A stretch of 54,587 nt of DNA from an uncultured Desulfovibrionales bacterium (lineage in GTDB: Bacteria > Desulfobacterota > QYQD01). A program made the position numbers and the translations under genes. The stretch lies in contig CAYSYZ010000001.1 of NCBI GenBank assembly GCA_964435205.1, forward strand, positions 1 through 54,587, read 5' to 3'. Below, one piece after another: positions 43,036 to 50,596 of this stretch. The notes below the pieces were generated by a model, which had not been told where the DNA came from, made no database searches, and was given only the letters and a program-made list of their open reading frames with translations. The stretch's first letter is position 1; each line of letters starts with the position of its first letter.

Positions 43036-43188
43036 GATGATCTCGTAAAAAGTCAAGGTTTGGACGGCACAGTAAAAAGCTTCAGTTGCAAGGCGCGCAA
43101 GTCCCGAGGAATGAGGCGTACTTATAGCTACGCCGCAGTGACGAAGGATGCCACGCAACGCAGCAAATGGACTTTTTACGAAGCCGTC
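43036..43188. repeat. Structured inverted-repeat element (REP/MITE-like), non-coding
   Basis: Arms 43036-43054 and 43170-43188 are reverse complements (15/19, core TCGTAAAAAGTC/GACTTTTTACGA 12/12). Internal stem GGCGTA(43115-43120)/TACGCC(43129-43134). Both strands give shadow ORFs ending in ...TFYE(A/I)..., which I recall as the signature of a dispersed repeat in deltaproteobacterial and Nitrospirota-type genomes. Confidence 0.5.
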
Positions 43189-43193
43189 AGGAA

Positions 43194-43544
43194 TTGGTAA
43201 GAAAAAAGTTGCAGAAACCATCCATATGCGTTGCTATAATGCTTCTTACATCTCTGGGCGGCCTTAATTGTAGCCCGTCTGGGGAGACGAACCCACCTAT
43301 CGCAGTGCCAGCTAAAGCCTCGCACATAGACGTGTCCACGGAGAAAAGACAGACTGCAAACGACTCGCCCTTGCGTCCGGTGGAACAGCCCAGTATCGAC
43401 CACAAATTCCGCATTCACTTGAAACGCGATGTAAAAGGTAAATATTCCTGGGAAATAACAGGTAATAACATAAAACAGATATTAGAATCCGACCGGCAAC
43501 TGCGGAAAAAATTCGGAACCTCTGTCCAAGAAGATCAGCCATAG
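43194..43544 (+). CDS. Hypothetical small secreted protein or lipoprotein
   Basis: Signal-peptide-like VRKKLQKPSICVAIMLLTSLGGLNC followed by a Pro/Ser-rich region. No family recognised. Start codon uncertain (TTG 43194, TTG 43209, ATG 43167 inside the repeat). No good RBS. Confidence 0.3.
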   Translation: MVRKKLQKPSICVAIMLLTSLGGLNCSPSGETNPPIAVPAKASHIDVSTEKRQTANDSPLRPVEQPSIDHKFRIHLKRDVKGKYSWEITGNNIKQILESDRQLRKKFGTSVQEDQP

Positions 43545-43595
43545 CTGAACAGAGACCACCGGTGGTGTTAAACCTAGCCTGCATTCTAGCGGATC

Positions 43596-43922
43596 CTAAG
43601 GAGCACCGTGCTTTTCCAGGAAATGAAGGGGGCATGAAGATCTGAGCTGGCAGTAATCCTTAGGGTGGGGACAAGCGGGAGTGGTTGTCTTGATACTTTC
43701 TTGGTATTTCTGGCAAAAACATTCAAATACTGCATGCCATTGAATACAGCGACCTGGACAGGCAATGATGGCCTCTTCAATCTTATCTTCGGGGTATTCC
43801 TGCAAATCCAGTATCAGGGCCCGCCCGAGGTCCTCACTGACCTTAAAAATCTCGGGACATATTTCCTCGCAGGCCCCACAGGCCTTGCATTCTTTCGCAT
43901 CTATATCAAGACTTTTGGTCAT
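43596..43922 (-). CDS. Monocluster ferredoxin with a Cys/His-rich C-terminal extension
   Basis: CKACGACEEICP ... ACPGRC matches small [3Fe-4S]/[4Fe-4S] ferredoxins (about 60 aa). A 45-aa tail (43599-43733) with 5 Cys and 3 His follows. ATG 43922 preferred over the listed TTG 43961. Confidence 0.65.
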   Translation of the reverse strand: MTKSLDIDAKECKACGACEEICPEIFKVSEDLGRALILDLQEYPEDKIEEAIIACPGRCIQWHAVFECFCQKYQESIKTTTPACPHPKDYCQLRSSCPLHFLEKHGAP

Positions 43923-44095
43923 AAGCCAGATCTTTCGACTCAACGTAAGTTGTTCACACAAAGGAAGTTCGCAAACAGATACCCTTTCTGCGACCCTATT
44001 GCAACAATGTTATGATCTAACCTCTGCATAACAGTTTTCGGCTAGCGAATTCCACGCTGATTTCAAGGCCTGAACTGCTCCAAGCAACGTCTTAC

Positions 44096-44124
44096 TTGAC
44101 GCCCGGCCTAAAAAGTTTTAGAGT
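44096..44124 (+). promoter_or_regulatory. Putative promoter of the tat operon
   Basis: TTGACG (44096-44101), 17 nt, TAGAGT (44119-44124). The ATG is at 44158. Confidence 0.3.
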
Positions 44125-44157
44125 CAAACCATTTGGCGAAGATAAAGGTTAACTCCC

Positions 44158-44439
44158 ATGTTTGGCATAGGCTTTTCGGAACTTCTCCTGATCCTGGTCA
44201 TAGCTCTAATTGTTATCGGTCCCCAAAAATTGCCGGAACTGGCTCGTTCCTTGGCCCGAGGCATTGCCGAGTTCAAAAGGGCCGCCTCCGAGATCAAAGA
44301 AAACCTGAACCGGGATGACCTGGAAACAGAAGAGCAAACGATAATTGACAGTGTCCCGGAAACATCGGAAATAGAAACGTCCGAAAAAGAGAAAAAGGTC
44401 TCGCATCCTACGGGTGCCAAGGACTCCGTCCGTGGCTGA
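44158..44439 (+). CDS. tatB: Twin-arginine translocase TatA/TatB family subunit (N-terminus TatB-like)
   Basis: [42 protein letters not shown], acidic tail, 93 aa. Confidence 0.8.
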   Translation: MFGIGFSELLLILVIALIVIGPQKLPELARSLARGIAEFKRAASEIKENLNRDDLETEEQTIIDSVPETSEIETSEKEKKVSHPTGAKDSVRG

Positions 44440-45154
44440 TTTCCGGCTACCCTTTACTGCTCACCTTAAAGAACTACGCAATCGATTGATCATATCTTTT
44501 TCGGCCATAGGCGCCGGATTCCTCATTTCTTATGCCTTTGCCGAGAAAATCTTCGCAATCCTTGCGGCTCCGCTATTCAGGGTAATAGGCCCAGGTAACA
44601 AACTTGTTTATACCGGACTCCCCGAGGCCTTCGTCTCCTACTTTAAAATTTCTCTGGTCATAGGAATTTTTATCGCCTTCCCCGTAATCCTCCACCAGGT
44701 ATGGAGATTCTTATCGCCCGGATTGCAAGGGAAAGAAAGAAAAAATACGCTCATCTTTATCGGTTCATCCACGCTTTTGTTCTTCGGCGGAGCGATTTTT
44801 GGTTACTTTGTGATCCTGCCTCTGGCTCTCAATTTCCTTCTGGGTTTTGCAGCGCAATCCTTAAAACCATTTATCACTATTAAGAGCTACCTTGTCTTTG
44901 CTTCTAAGGCCCTTCTCGCTTTCGGTCTTGCCTTTGAAATACCCTTTTTTTTGGTCTTTCTAGCAAAAATGGATATTCTCACGTATCAAGATTTGCGCGC
45001 CAGGCGCAAGTATTACATCCTCCTTATTTTTATACTGGCAGCCGTACTTACCCCGCCCGATGTCGTATCCCAGGTAATGTTGGCCGTTCCCCTCATCATA
45101 CTGTATGAAATAGGTGTCTTGGGCGCCCGCCTTTTTGCTAAATCGCCAGAATAA
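44414..45154 (+). CDS. tatC: Twin-arginine translocase subunit TatC
   Basis: [13 protein letters not shown] start and six hydrophobic helices. GTG 44414 or GTG 44432, both overlapping the 3-prime end of the preceding tat gene. Confidence 0.9.
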   Translation: MPRTPSVADFRLPFTAHLKELRNRLIISFSAIGAGFLISYAFAEKIFAILAAPLFRVIGPGNKLVYTGLPEAFVSYFKISLVIGIFIAFPVILHQVWRFLSPGLQGKERKNTLIFIGSSTLLFFGGAIFGYFVILPLALNFLLGFAAQSLKPFITIKSYLVFASKALLAFGLAFEIPFFLVFLAKMDILTYQDLRARRKYYILLIFILAAVLTPPDVVSQVMLAVPLIILYEIGVLGARLFAKSPE

Positions 45155-45299
45155 GAGCCCGGACTGGTCATAATTAGGTGGGCTTTTTCCAGGGCCCCCG
45201 AACTATGTTGCTTCCGATTTATACTTGTTCCTGTCTGAGCTTCGTGCTATGAATAACTCCTATCTCTGGCCACAAGCACTAATCTTAAGGGTAGGTTCT

Positions 45300-46433
45300 A
45301 TGAAGAAAAATCTCTTGCTCCCTTGCCTTAGGTTACTGATCGGGTTCTCTATCTTTCTCCTTCCTTCTGGTACTCTAGCGGTTGAGCCGGTACGTATCGG
45401 TGTCTATCTCCCCATGACCGGTCCTGCTGCGGTCTACGGACAGGTAGCATGGAAAGGACTACAGATGGTGCACAAGGAGCGACCCATGGTGTTAGGCCGA
45501 CCGGTCCAGCTTATCCTTGTTGACGATAAAAGCGATAAAGTGGAGGCGGCCAGTGCCGTCTCCAGGCTTATCGAAAAAGAACGGACCATAGCCATAATCG
45601 GTGAACTCACCAGCTCCAACACGCTGTCTGGCGCTCCGATAGCAGAAAAAGCAAAAATTCCCATGGTTACCCCATGGGCTACGAATCCCCTGGTGACACA
45701 AAACAACCAATACATCTTCCGGGTCTGTTTTTCGGACCCCTTTCAGGGCTATGTAGCGGCAAGGTTTGCACGTGAATACCTCAAAGCCCGCACCGCAGCC
45801 GTAATGATTGACATCGGCCAGGATTACTCGGTGGGTTTGTCGAACTTTTTCATGCGTGAATTCATCAAGTCAGGCGGGAAGATTTCCATCAGAACGGCCT
45901 ATCAAGGTGGCGACCTCGACTTTACGGCACAACTGAGCAGCATCAGAAGTGTACGACCGGATATTATTTATGTCCCGGGATATTTCCTGGAAGACGCCCT
46001 TATTGCCAGGCAGGCACGCGAGCTCGGGATTAGCTCAACCATCGTCTCTGGTGATGCAGCTCAGGCAAATGAGCTAATCAAGATTGGTGGGCCGGCAGTG
46101 GAGGGACTATACTTTACCTCACACTTCGATGAAAAGGGACCTACGACCAAAACAGCCCAATTGTTCGTAACAAAATTCCGTGAGGTAAACAAGACCGCTC
46201 CGGATTCTGTCAGCGCCCTTTCCCATGACAGCTATAACTTCTTGCTGGATGCCATTGAAAAAGCTGGCTCCAGTCAACCTGGAAAAATAAAAGACGCCCT
46301 GGCTAAAACCACCAATTTTGAAGGGGTCACTGGAAAAATAACCATAAAGGGCCGGGAAACCATCAAGCAAGCCGTGATAATAAAGGTAGAGAACGGCAAA
46401 TTCAAATATGTAACAACCATTCAACCTCAATGA
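45300..46433 (+). CDS. ABC transporter substrate-binding protein, LivK/branched-chain amino acid (PBP type 1) family
   Basis: Signal peptide MKKNLLLPCLRLLIGFSIFLLPSGTLA, then RIGVYLPMTGPAAVYG and the IIGELTSS pattern. ATG 45300 preferred over the listed upstream start. Confidence 0.75.
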   Translation: MKKNLLLPCLRLLIGFSIFLLPSGTLAVEPVRIGVYLPMTGPAAVYGQVAWKGLQMVHKERPMVLGRPVQLILVDDKSDKVEAASAVSRLIEKERTIAIIGELTSSNTLSGAPIAEKAKIPMVTPWATNPLVTQNNQYIFRVCFSDPFQGYVAARFAREYLKARTAAVMIDIGQDYSVGLSNFFMREFIKSGGKISIRTAYQGGDLDFTAQLSSIRSVRPDIIYVPGYFLEDALIARQARELGISSTIVSGDAAQANELIKIGGPAVEGLYFTSHFDEKGPTTKTAQLFVTKFREVNKTAPDSVSALSHDSYNFLLDAIEKAGSSQPGKIKDALAKTTNFEGVTGKITIKGRETIKQAVIIKVENGKFKYVTTIQPQ

Positions 46434-46550
46434 AATCGCCTGCGATCGGACCTCCTGGACATATCTAACCCTTTGGATTCGCATGTCCTGGCGGAGATAC
46501 CCTTATCCTGTTTTCTTGCAGGAAATCCAAGCCTTAGCAGAAATATACAG

Positions 46551-47249
46551 CTAAGACCTCGTTTTCGGAAGGAAGCGGTGCGGTATGTTTGACAGGTCGT
46601 CTTTCGTAGTGTAAAGGACGATAAAGTGCTTTTCTAGATCCTTCGTCAGCGCAGCTAATTTCTCTCTTTCCATGTCCATGATGCGGATGAATACGTGCCG
46701 GCAGTCTTTTTCACATGAGTCCCAGGAAGTTAGTATGCTTACCATACGCCCACCATGGGCGCGGATTACGTCGGCCACTTCCTTTATAGAGCCAGGACGA
46801 TCCTCAATGCTAAAGGCAAACTGGATTCCCCCTTGATATATGCCGGTAATGTTCACCAGTACCTTCAGGACGTCGGTTAGAGTAATCACCCCGATGAGGT
46901 CGCCTTTATTGTTCACTACCGGCAGACCGGAAATACGGTTTTCCAGCATGATAACGGCAGCTTTCTCCACCGTATCATCTCCATTAATGGCGATAGGATC
47001 TTTGGTCATAAGGTCTTTGACCTTTATTTCGGACAGGAGATAGTACAACTCATGGACATCCAAGGAGGTGGCCTTGGAAGGAGCAGCATCCTTCAGGTCT
47101 CGGTCAGTTATTATGCCCACCAGCCTTCCTTTCCGTAATACCGGTAGCCTGCGAACGTTATGTTCCTTCATTATCTGAGTGGCTTTCATCATAGATGTGT
47201 TTTCATCTATAGCCGTAACTTCGCTAGCCATCCAACCTTTAACTAACAT
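46551..47249 (-). CDS. CBS-pair plus ACT-like domain protein (AcuB-like)
   Basis: Two CBS motifs (RLPVLRKGRLVGIITDRDL and GLPVVNNKGDLIGVITLTDV) and C-terminal IQFAFSIEDRPGSIKEVADVIRAHGG. GGAGA RBS. Confidence 0.75.
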   Translation of the reverse strand: MLVKGWMASEVTAIDENTSMMKATQIMKEHNVRRLPVLRKGRLVGIITDRDLKDAAPSKATSLDVHELYYLLSEIKVKDLMTKDPIAINGDDTVEKAAVIMLENRISGLPVVNNKGDLIGVITLTDVLKVLVNITGIYQGGIQFAFSIEDRPGSIKEVADVIRAHGGRMVSILTSWDSCEKDCRHVFIRIMDMEREKLAALTKDLEKHFIVLYTTKDDLSNIPHRFLPKTRS

Positions 47250-47329
47250 TAAAAGTCTCCTTCCACGCTAGGATAAGCATCTAGAATGTTGAAATCATGA
47301 CAACATCACCCTGTTTTGTCAAGCCAATT

Positions 47330-49186
47330 TTAGGCGCGTCCGGATACCAATTTTTTAAGTTCTTCACCTTCTACAACTTCCTTTTCCAGTAAAACCTTAG
47401 AAAGTAGATTCAAGCTTTCCCTTTTTTCCATTAGGATCTCTTTTGCCCTTTGATGGCAAAGAACAACCAGCTTTTTTACCGCTGCATCGATCTGCCGGGC
47501 TGTCTCTTCACTATATTCCCTCCCCCGTGGAAGAGTAACTTCGAGGAATAAAGGTCTTCGCTGTCCGAAGGTCTGTGGCCCCAGCTCTTCACTCATCCCA
47601 TACTCCGTAACCATACTCCGGGATATATCCGTCGCCTTCTGGAGATCGCTCTGTCCACCTGTTGAAACTTCTCCAAAAGCTATCTCTTCAGAAACCCGGC
47701 CACCCAGAAGAACTGCAATCTTGTCCAGCAGTTCTGACTTGGTCATCAAATAGCGGTCCTCCGTAGGAAGTTGTAGGGTATAACCAAGCGCTGCAACACC
47801 ACGTGGAATAATGGAAACACGGTGAACTGGGTCTGCATGTGCTAAAGACAGGGCTACCAGGGCATGCCCGGCTTCATGGTAGGCGACCACTTCTTTTTCT
47901 TTCTTGGTGATCACCCGGCTCTTTTTCTCTAGCCCCGCCAGTACCCGATCAATTGCTTCCTCAAAATCCGACATTTCAACCTGGGATTTGTTCTTGCGAG
48001 CCGCAAGCAGGGCCGCCTCATTAACGACGTTGGCCAGGTCGGCTCCTACCATTCCCGGTGTACGGGCAGCAATTATTTTTATATCCAGATCTGGAGTTAC
48101 CACTACCCTTCGCAGGTGAACCTTTAGTATAGCTTCCCGCCCTTTGAGATCAGGACGGTCAACCAAGACATGACGATCAAAGCGGCCGGGTCGCAATAAT
48201 GCCGGGTCTAAAATCTCTGGCCGGTTAGTCGCAGCCATGATGATTACGCCCTTTTTCGTATCGAATCCGTCAAGTTCAGAAAGGAGCTGAGTCAACGTCT
48301 GTTCACGTTCATCAACACCAGAAACCGGGCTGATACCCCGTGCCTTCCCTAGGGCATCGATCTCATCAATAAAGATGATACAGGGGGCCTTTTGCTCGGC
48401 CTGAGCAAACAGATCCCGGACCCGTGCGGCTCCTACACCCACAAACATCTCAACAAAAGAAGATCCGCTCAAGCTCAGGAAAGGCACTTTTGCTTCTCCG
48501 GCTACAGCCTTAGCCAGCAGCGTCTTACCCGTACCCGGTGGACCAAGTAATAGGACTCCTTTCGGTATTTTTCCGCCCAAGCTCTGGAACCGAGTCGGGT
48601 TTATCAGAAATTCGATGACTTCTTTCAGTTCCTCTTCTGCCTCATCAACTCCAGCCACGTCTTCGAAAGTAACCTTTGTCTCATCCTCAACATAAACCTT
48701 TGCTTTACTCTTACCAATAGCCATAAAACCGCCTTCTGCTCCGGCTCGCATCCGCCGCAAAAAATATCCCCAAATGGCCACAAATATGAATATCGGCACA
48801 ACCCACGAAAGTAACGTAGTCAGCCAGGTCATCTCTGGCCGAGCCGTAAATTTAATACGACTGGCTTCTAACTCCTTGACGAGGTCCGGATCTTCCATGC
48901 GCACGGCATAAAAGACCTTCTCCCTAGCCAGCCGAGCAACCGCACTTTTGTCCGTTATATTCCGCATCCTCACGAGTGTTTCGGCTGCCCCCGGACCTAA
49001 CTTGCCGCGAATTGAGTCTTTGGCAATGACTAGGTCATTCACTTGGCCCTGACGAACTAGCTCCTTGAACTCACTATAAGAGAGCGTCACCTGTTGCTGC
49101 GCCGTAAAGTAATATTGGAACAGGACCAACGCCGCCATAGCGACAATAAAATACCAAATTGAAAAGTGGATTTTTCTTTGTTTCAT
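47330..49186 (-). CDS. ftsH: ATP-dependent zinc metalloprotease FtsH
   Basis: Walker [36 protein letters not shown], zinc site [10 protein letters not shown]-terminal TM pair. Confidence 0.97.
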   Translation of the reverse strand: MKQRKIHFSIWYFIVAMAALVLFQYYFTAQQQVTLSYSEFKELVRQGQVNDLVIAKDSIRGKLGPGAAETLVRMRNITDKSAVARLAREKVFYAVRMEDPDLVKELEASRIKFTARPEMTWLTTLLSWVVPIFIFVAIWGYFLRRMRAGAEGGFMAIGKSKAKVYVEDETKVTFEDVAGVDEAEEELKEVIEFLINPTRFQSLGGKIPKGVLLLGPPGTGKTLLAKAVAGEAKVPFLSLSGSSFVEMFVGVGAARVRDLFAQAEQKAPCIIFIDEIDALGKARGISPVSGVDEREQTLTQLLSELDGFDTKKGVIIMAATNRPEILDPALLRPGRFDRHVLVDRPDLKGREAILKVHLRRVVVTPDLDIKIIAARTPGMVGADLANVVNEAALLAARKNKSQVEMSDFEEAIDRVLAGLEKKSRVITKKEKEVVAYHEAGHALVALSLAHADPVHRVSIIPRGVAALGYTLQLPTEDRYLMTKSELLDKIAVLLGGRVSEEIAFGEVSTGGQSDLQKATDISRSMVTEYGMSEELGPQTFGQRRPLFLEVTLPRGREYSEETARQIDAAVKKLVVLCHQRAKEILMEKRESLNLLSKVLLEKEVVEGEELKKLVSGRA

Positions 49187-49302
49187 TTACGTACCATAAG
49201 ACCAATATTTTAAGTATATAGTGTCAAAATACCCCGAATATGCAAAAAAAATCAACCTTTTTAAGGATATATTCTACGGAAAGCGGAAAGGTGATTTAAG
49301 GA

Positions 49303-49461
49303 TTATCGGGCGGACTTAACTTTGTAGGAAATGGACTCGGACTCGCACAACTGAAAATACCGACTTTTTATTTCTTCCAGGAGAGTCACTTTTTCGCTGT
49401 CGGATAGCCGATCATAAATCGGGCTCAGACACAAGAAATCTCTAATCTCTTCGTCACTCAC
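49303..49461 (-). CDS. Possible 52-aa ORF (hypothetical; below the ORF-track cutoff)
   Basis: GTG-initiated VSDEEIRDFLCLSPIYDRLSDSEKVTLLEEIKSRYFQLCESESISYKVKSAR inside an otherwise empty 400-nt gap. Poor RBS. The sequence resembles the N-terminal edge of a cNMP-binding/Crp-type domain, so it could be a gene remnant. Confidence 0.2.
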   Translation of the reverse strand: MSDEEIRDFLCLSPIYDRLSDSEKVTLLEEIKSRYFQLCESESISYKVKSAR

Positions 49462-49496
49462 AGTCCCTGTAACCCCGGCTCAGCTGACATTGAGCT

Positions 49497-49525
49497 CGTA
49501 TATGATAAAAGGATATTTTTGTCAA
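49497..49525 (-). promoter_or_regulatory. Putative promoter in the nfo-ftsH gap
   Basis: Minus strand consensus TTGACA (49525-49520), 17 nt, TATACG (49502-49497). It would drive the 52-aa ORF and ftsH. Confidence 0.2.
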
Positions 49526-49589
49526 GAGATTTTTGGGGCGCTTTTTTCATAACGGTCGATAGACCCTTGAGCCGCATAAAATACCTCCG

Positions 49590-50438
49590 TCAGTCTTCCA
49601 GTTTCAACCCTGTAATCGTGGCCAGGTTACGCCTATCATCGTTATCTGATTTTCTTGGAGTCTCAAGGATCCAGGGAACTCCACTAAAAAGAGGGTGCCC
49701 GAGAAGAAGAATAAAACCTTCTACCCCGATATAGCCCTCCCCGATATGTTCATGCCTGTCGATACGAGAACCGAGGTCTCCCTTGCAGTCATTAAGGTGT
49801 ACTATCCTTAATCGATCGAGACCGAGCTCTCTGCCTATCTGGCTTTGAAGATCATCCAGTGCCGCCCTGGCTCGCAGTTCATACCCGCTAGCAAAACCAT
49901 GACAGGTATCAAAGCAAAATCCAAGTCTTGGCGGGCTACCCGCGTCCCGGATCAGTTGCCCTATGTGTTCTAGCGCAGCCCCTATTAGGTGTCCGGAGCC
50001 TGCCGTGTTTTCCAGGAGCAGTTGGACTGCACTATGTTCCGTTTTTCTTAGTATATGGTCAAGAGCTAAACTTACTCTGGCCAATCCCATCTGCAGGCTT
50101 TGTCCTCGCGCACTGCCTACGTGAGTTACTACATACTCTATGCCTAAGGCCTCCGCCCGCCGAATATCCTCCAGTACCGTGTCCACTGATTTCTTGAATA
50201 GGTTGTCTTCCGAAGAAGCCAGGTTTACCAGGTAAGGTGTATGGATAACTATCGGTCTAATGTCAGAGCACCGCTGCTTATCCCGAAATAAACCGGTTAT
50301 CTGTGGCGAAAGAGGCGCAACGTCCCATCTCCGTGGATTACGCGCAAAGATCTGCATGGTTGTACAACCCAGACTCACCGCCCGATCAATAGCCTTATCT
50401 AAGCCACCGGCAATAGAGACTTGAACACCTATGCGCAT
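49590..50438 (-). CDS. nfo: Deoxyribonuclease IV (endonuclease IV)
   Basis: MRIGVQVSIAGGL start, HTPYLVNLAS, LLENTAGSG, CFDTCHGFASGY, VHLNDCK, DRHEHIGEG. ATG 50438 preferred over the listed GTG 50468. Confidence 0.9.
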   Translation of the reverse strand: MRIGVQVSIAGGLDKAIDRAVSLGCTTMQIFARNPRRWDVAPLSPQITGLFRDKQRCSDIRPIVIHTPYLVNLASSEDNLFKKSVDTVLEDIRRAEALGIEYVVTHVGSARGQSLQMGLARVSLALDHILRKTEHSAVQLLLENTAGSGHLIGAALEHIGQLIRDAGSPPRLGFCFDTCHGFASGYELRARAALDDLQSQIGRELGLDRLRIVHLNDCKGDLGSRIDRHEHIGEGYIGVEGFILLLGHPLFSGVPWILETPRKSDNDDRRNLATITGLKLED

Positions 50439-50596
50439 CCTATACGCTGGCTTCCCTCCTCTTGGCACAAAGTTACCAAAGAGTGTACAGTAATACCATC
50501 AAGAGAGAGGCAAATCAAATTGACACACCCCCGACCAAATGTTATTTGAGAGTATCAAGAAAAACCCTTTCTATCTATTGCCAGAAAGGAAGCTGC

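Noticed and set aside
42964-43221. 78-aa (+) and 81-aa (-) ORFs overlapping each other upstream of cstA
   Set aside because: Both are generated by the inverted-repeat element, with mirror-image TFYE endings. I interpret the region as non-coding repeat rather than genes.
43555-43566. Perfect 12-bp palindrome ACCACCGGTGGT in the convergent gap between the small ORF and the ferredoxin
   Set aside because: It is too short, has no loop for a stable terminator hairpin and has no flanking T-run. It is probably fortuitous or a weak bidirectional stem.
43312-43635. 107-aa minus-strand ORF and other small ORFs (43176-43418, 43187-43414, 43586-43780)
   Set aside because: They overlap the small plus-strand ORF or the ferredoxin tail in other frames, with no motif or RBS support.
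46454-46491. 9-bp stem (one mismatch) with a 20-nt loop after the SBP gene
   Set aside because: The loop is long and there is no U-tract, so it is not a convincing intrinsic terminator.
47286-47306. Inverted repeat ATGTTG-N9-CAACAT upstream of the CBS/ACT gene
   Set aside because: It has only 6 bp arms, which cannot be distinguished from chance without conservation data.
50462-50596. 45-codon N-terminal extension of the 590-aa ORF
   Set aside because: It would overlap the nfo start region, and no RBS precedes it. The ATG-ATG at 50597 has GGAAG upstream. This is a weak call, and the longer form cannot be excluded.
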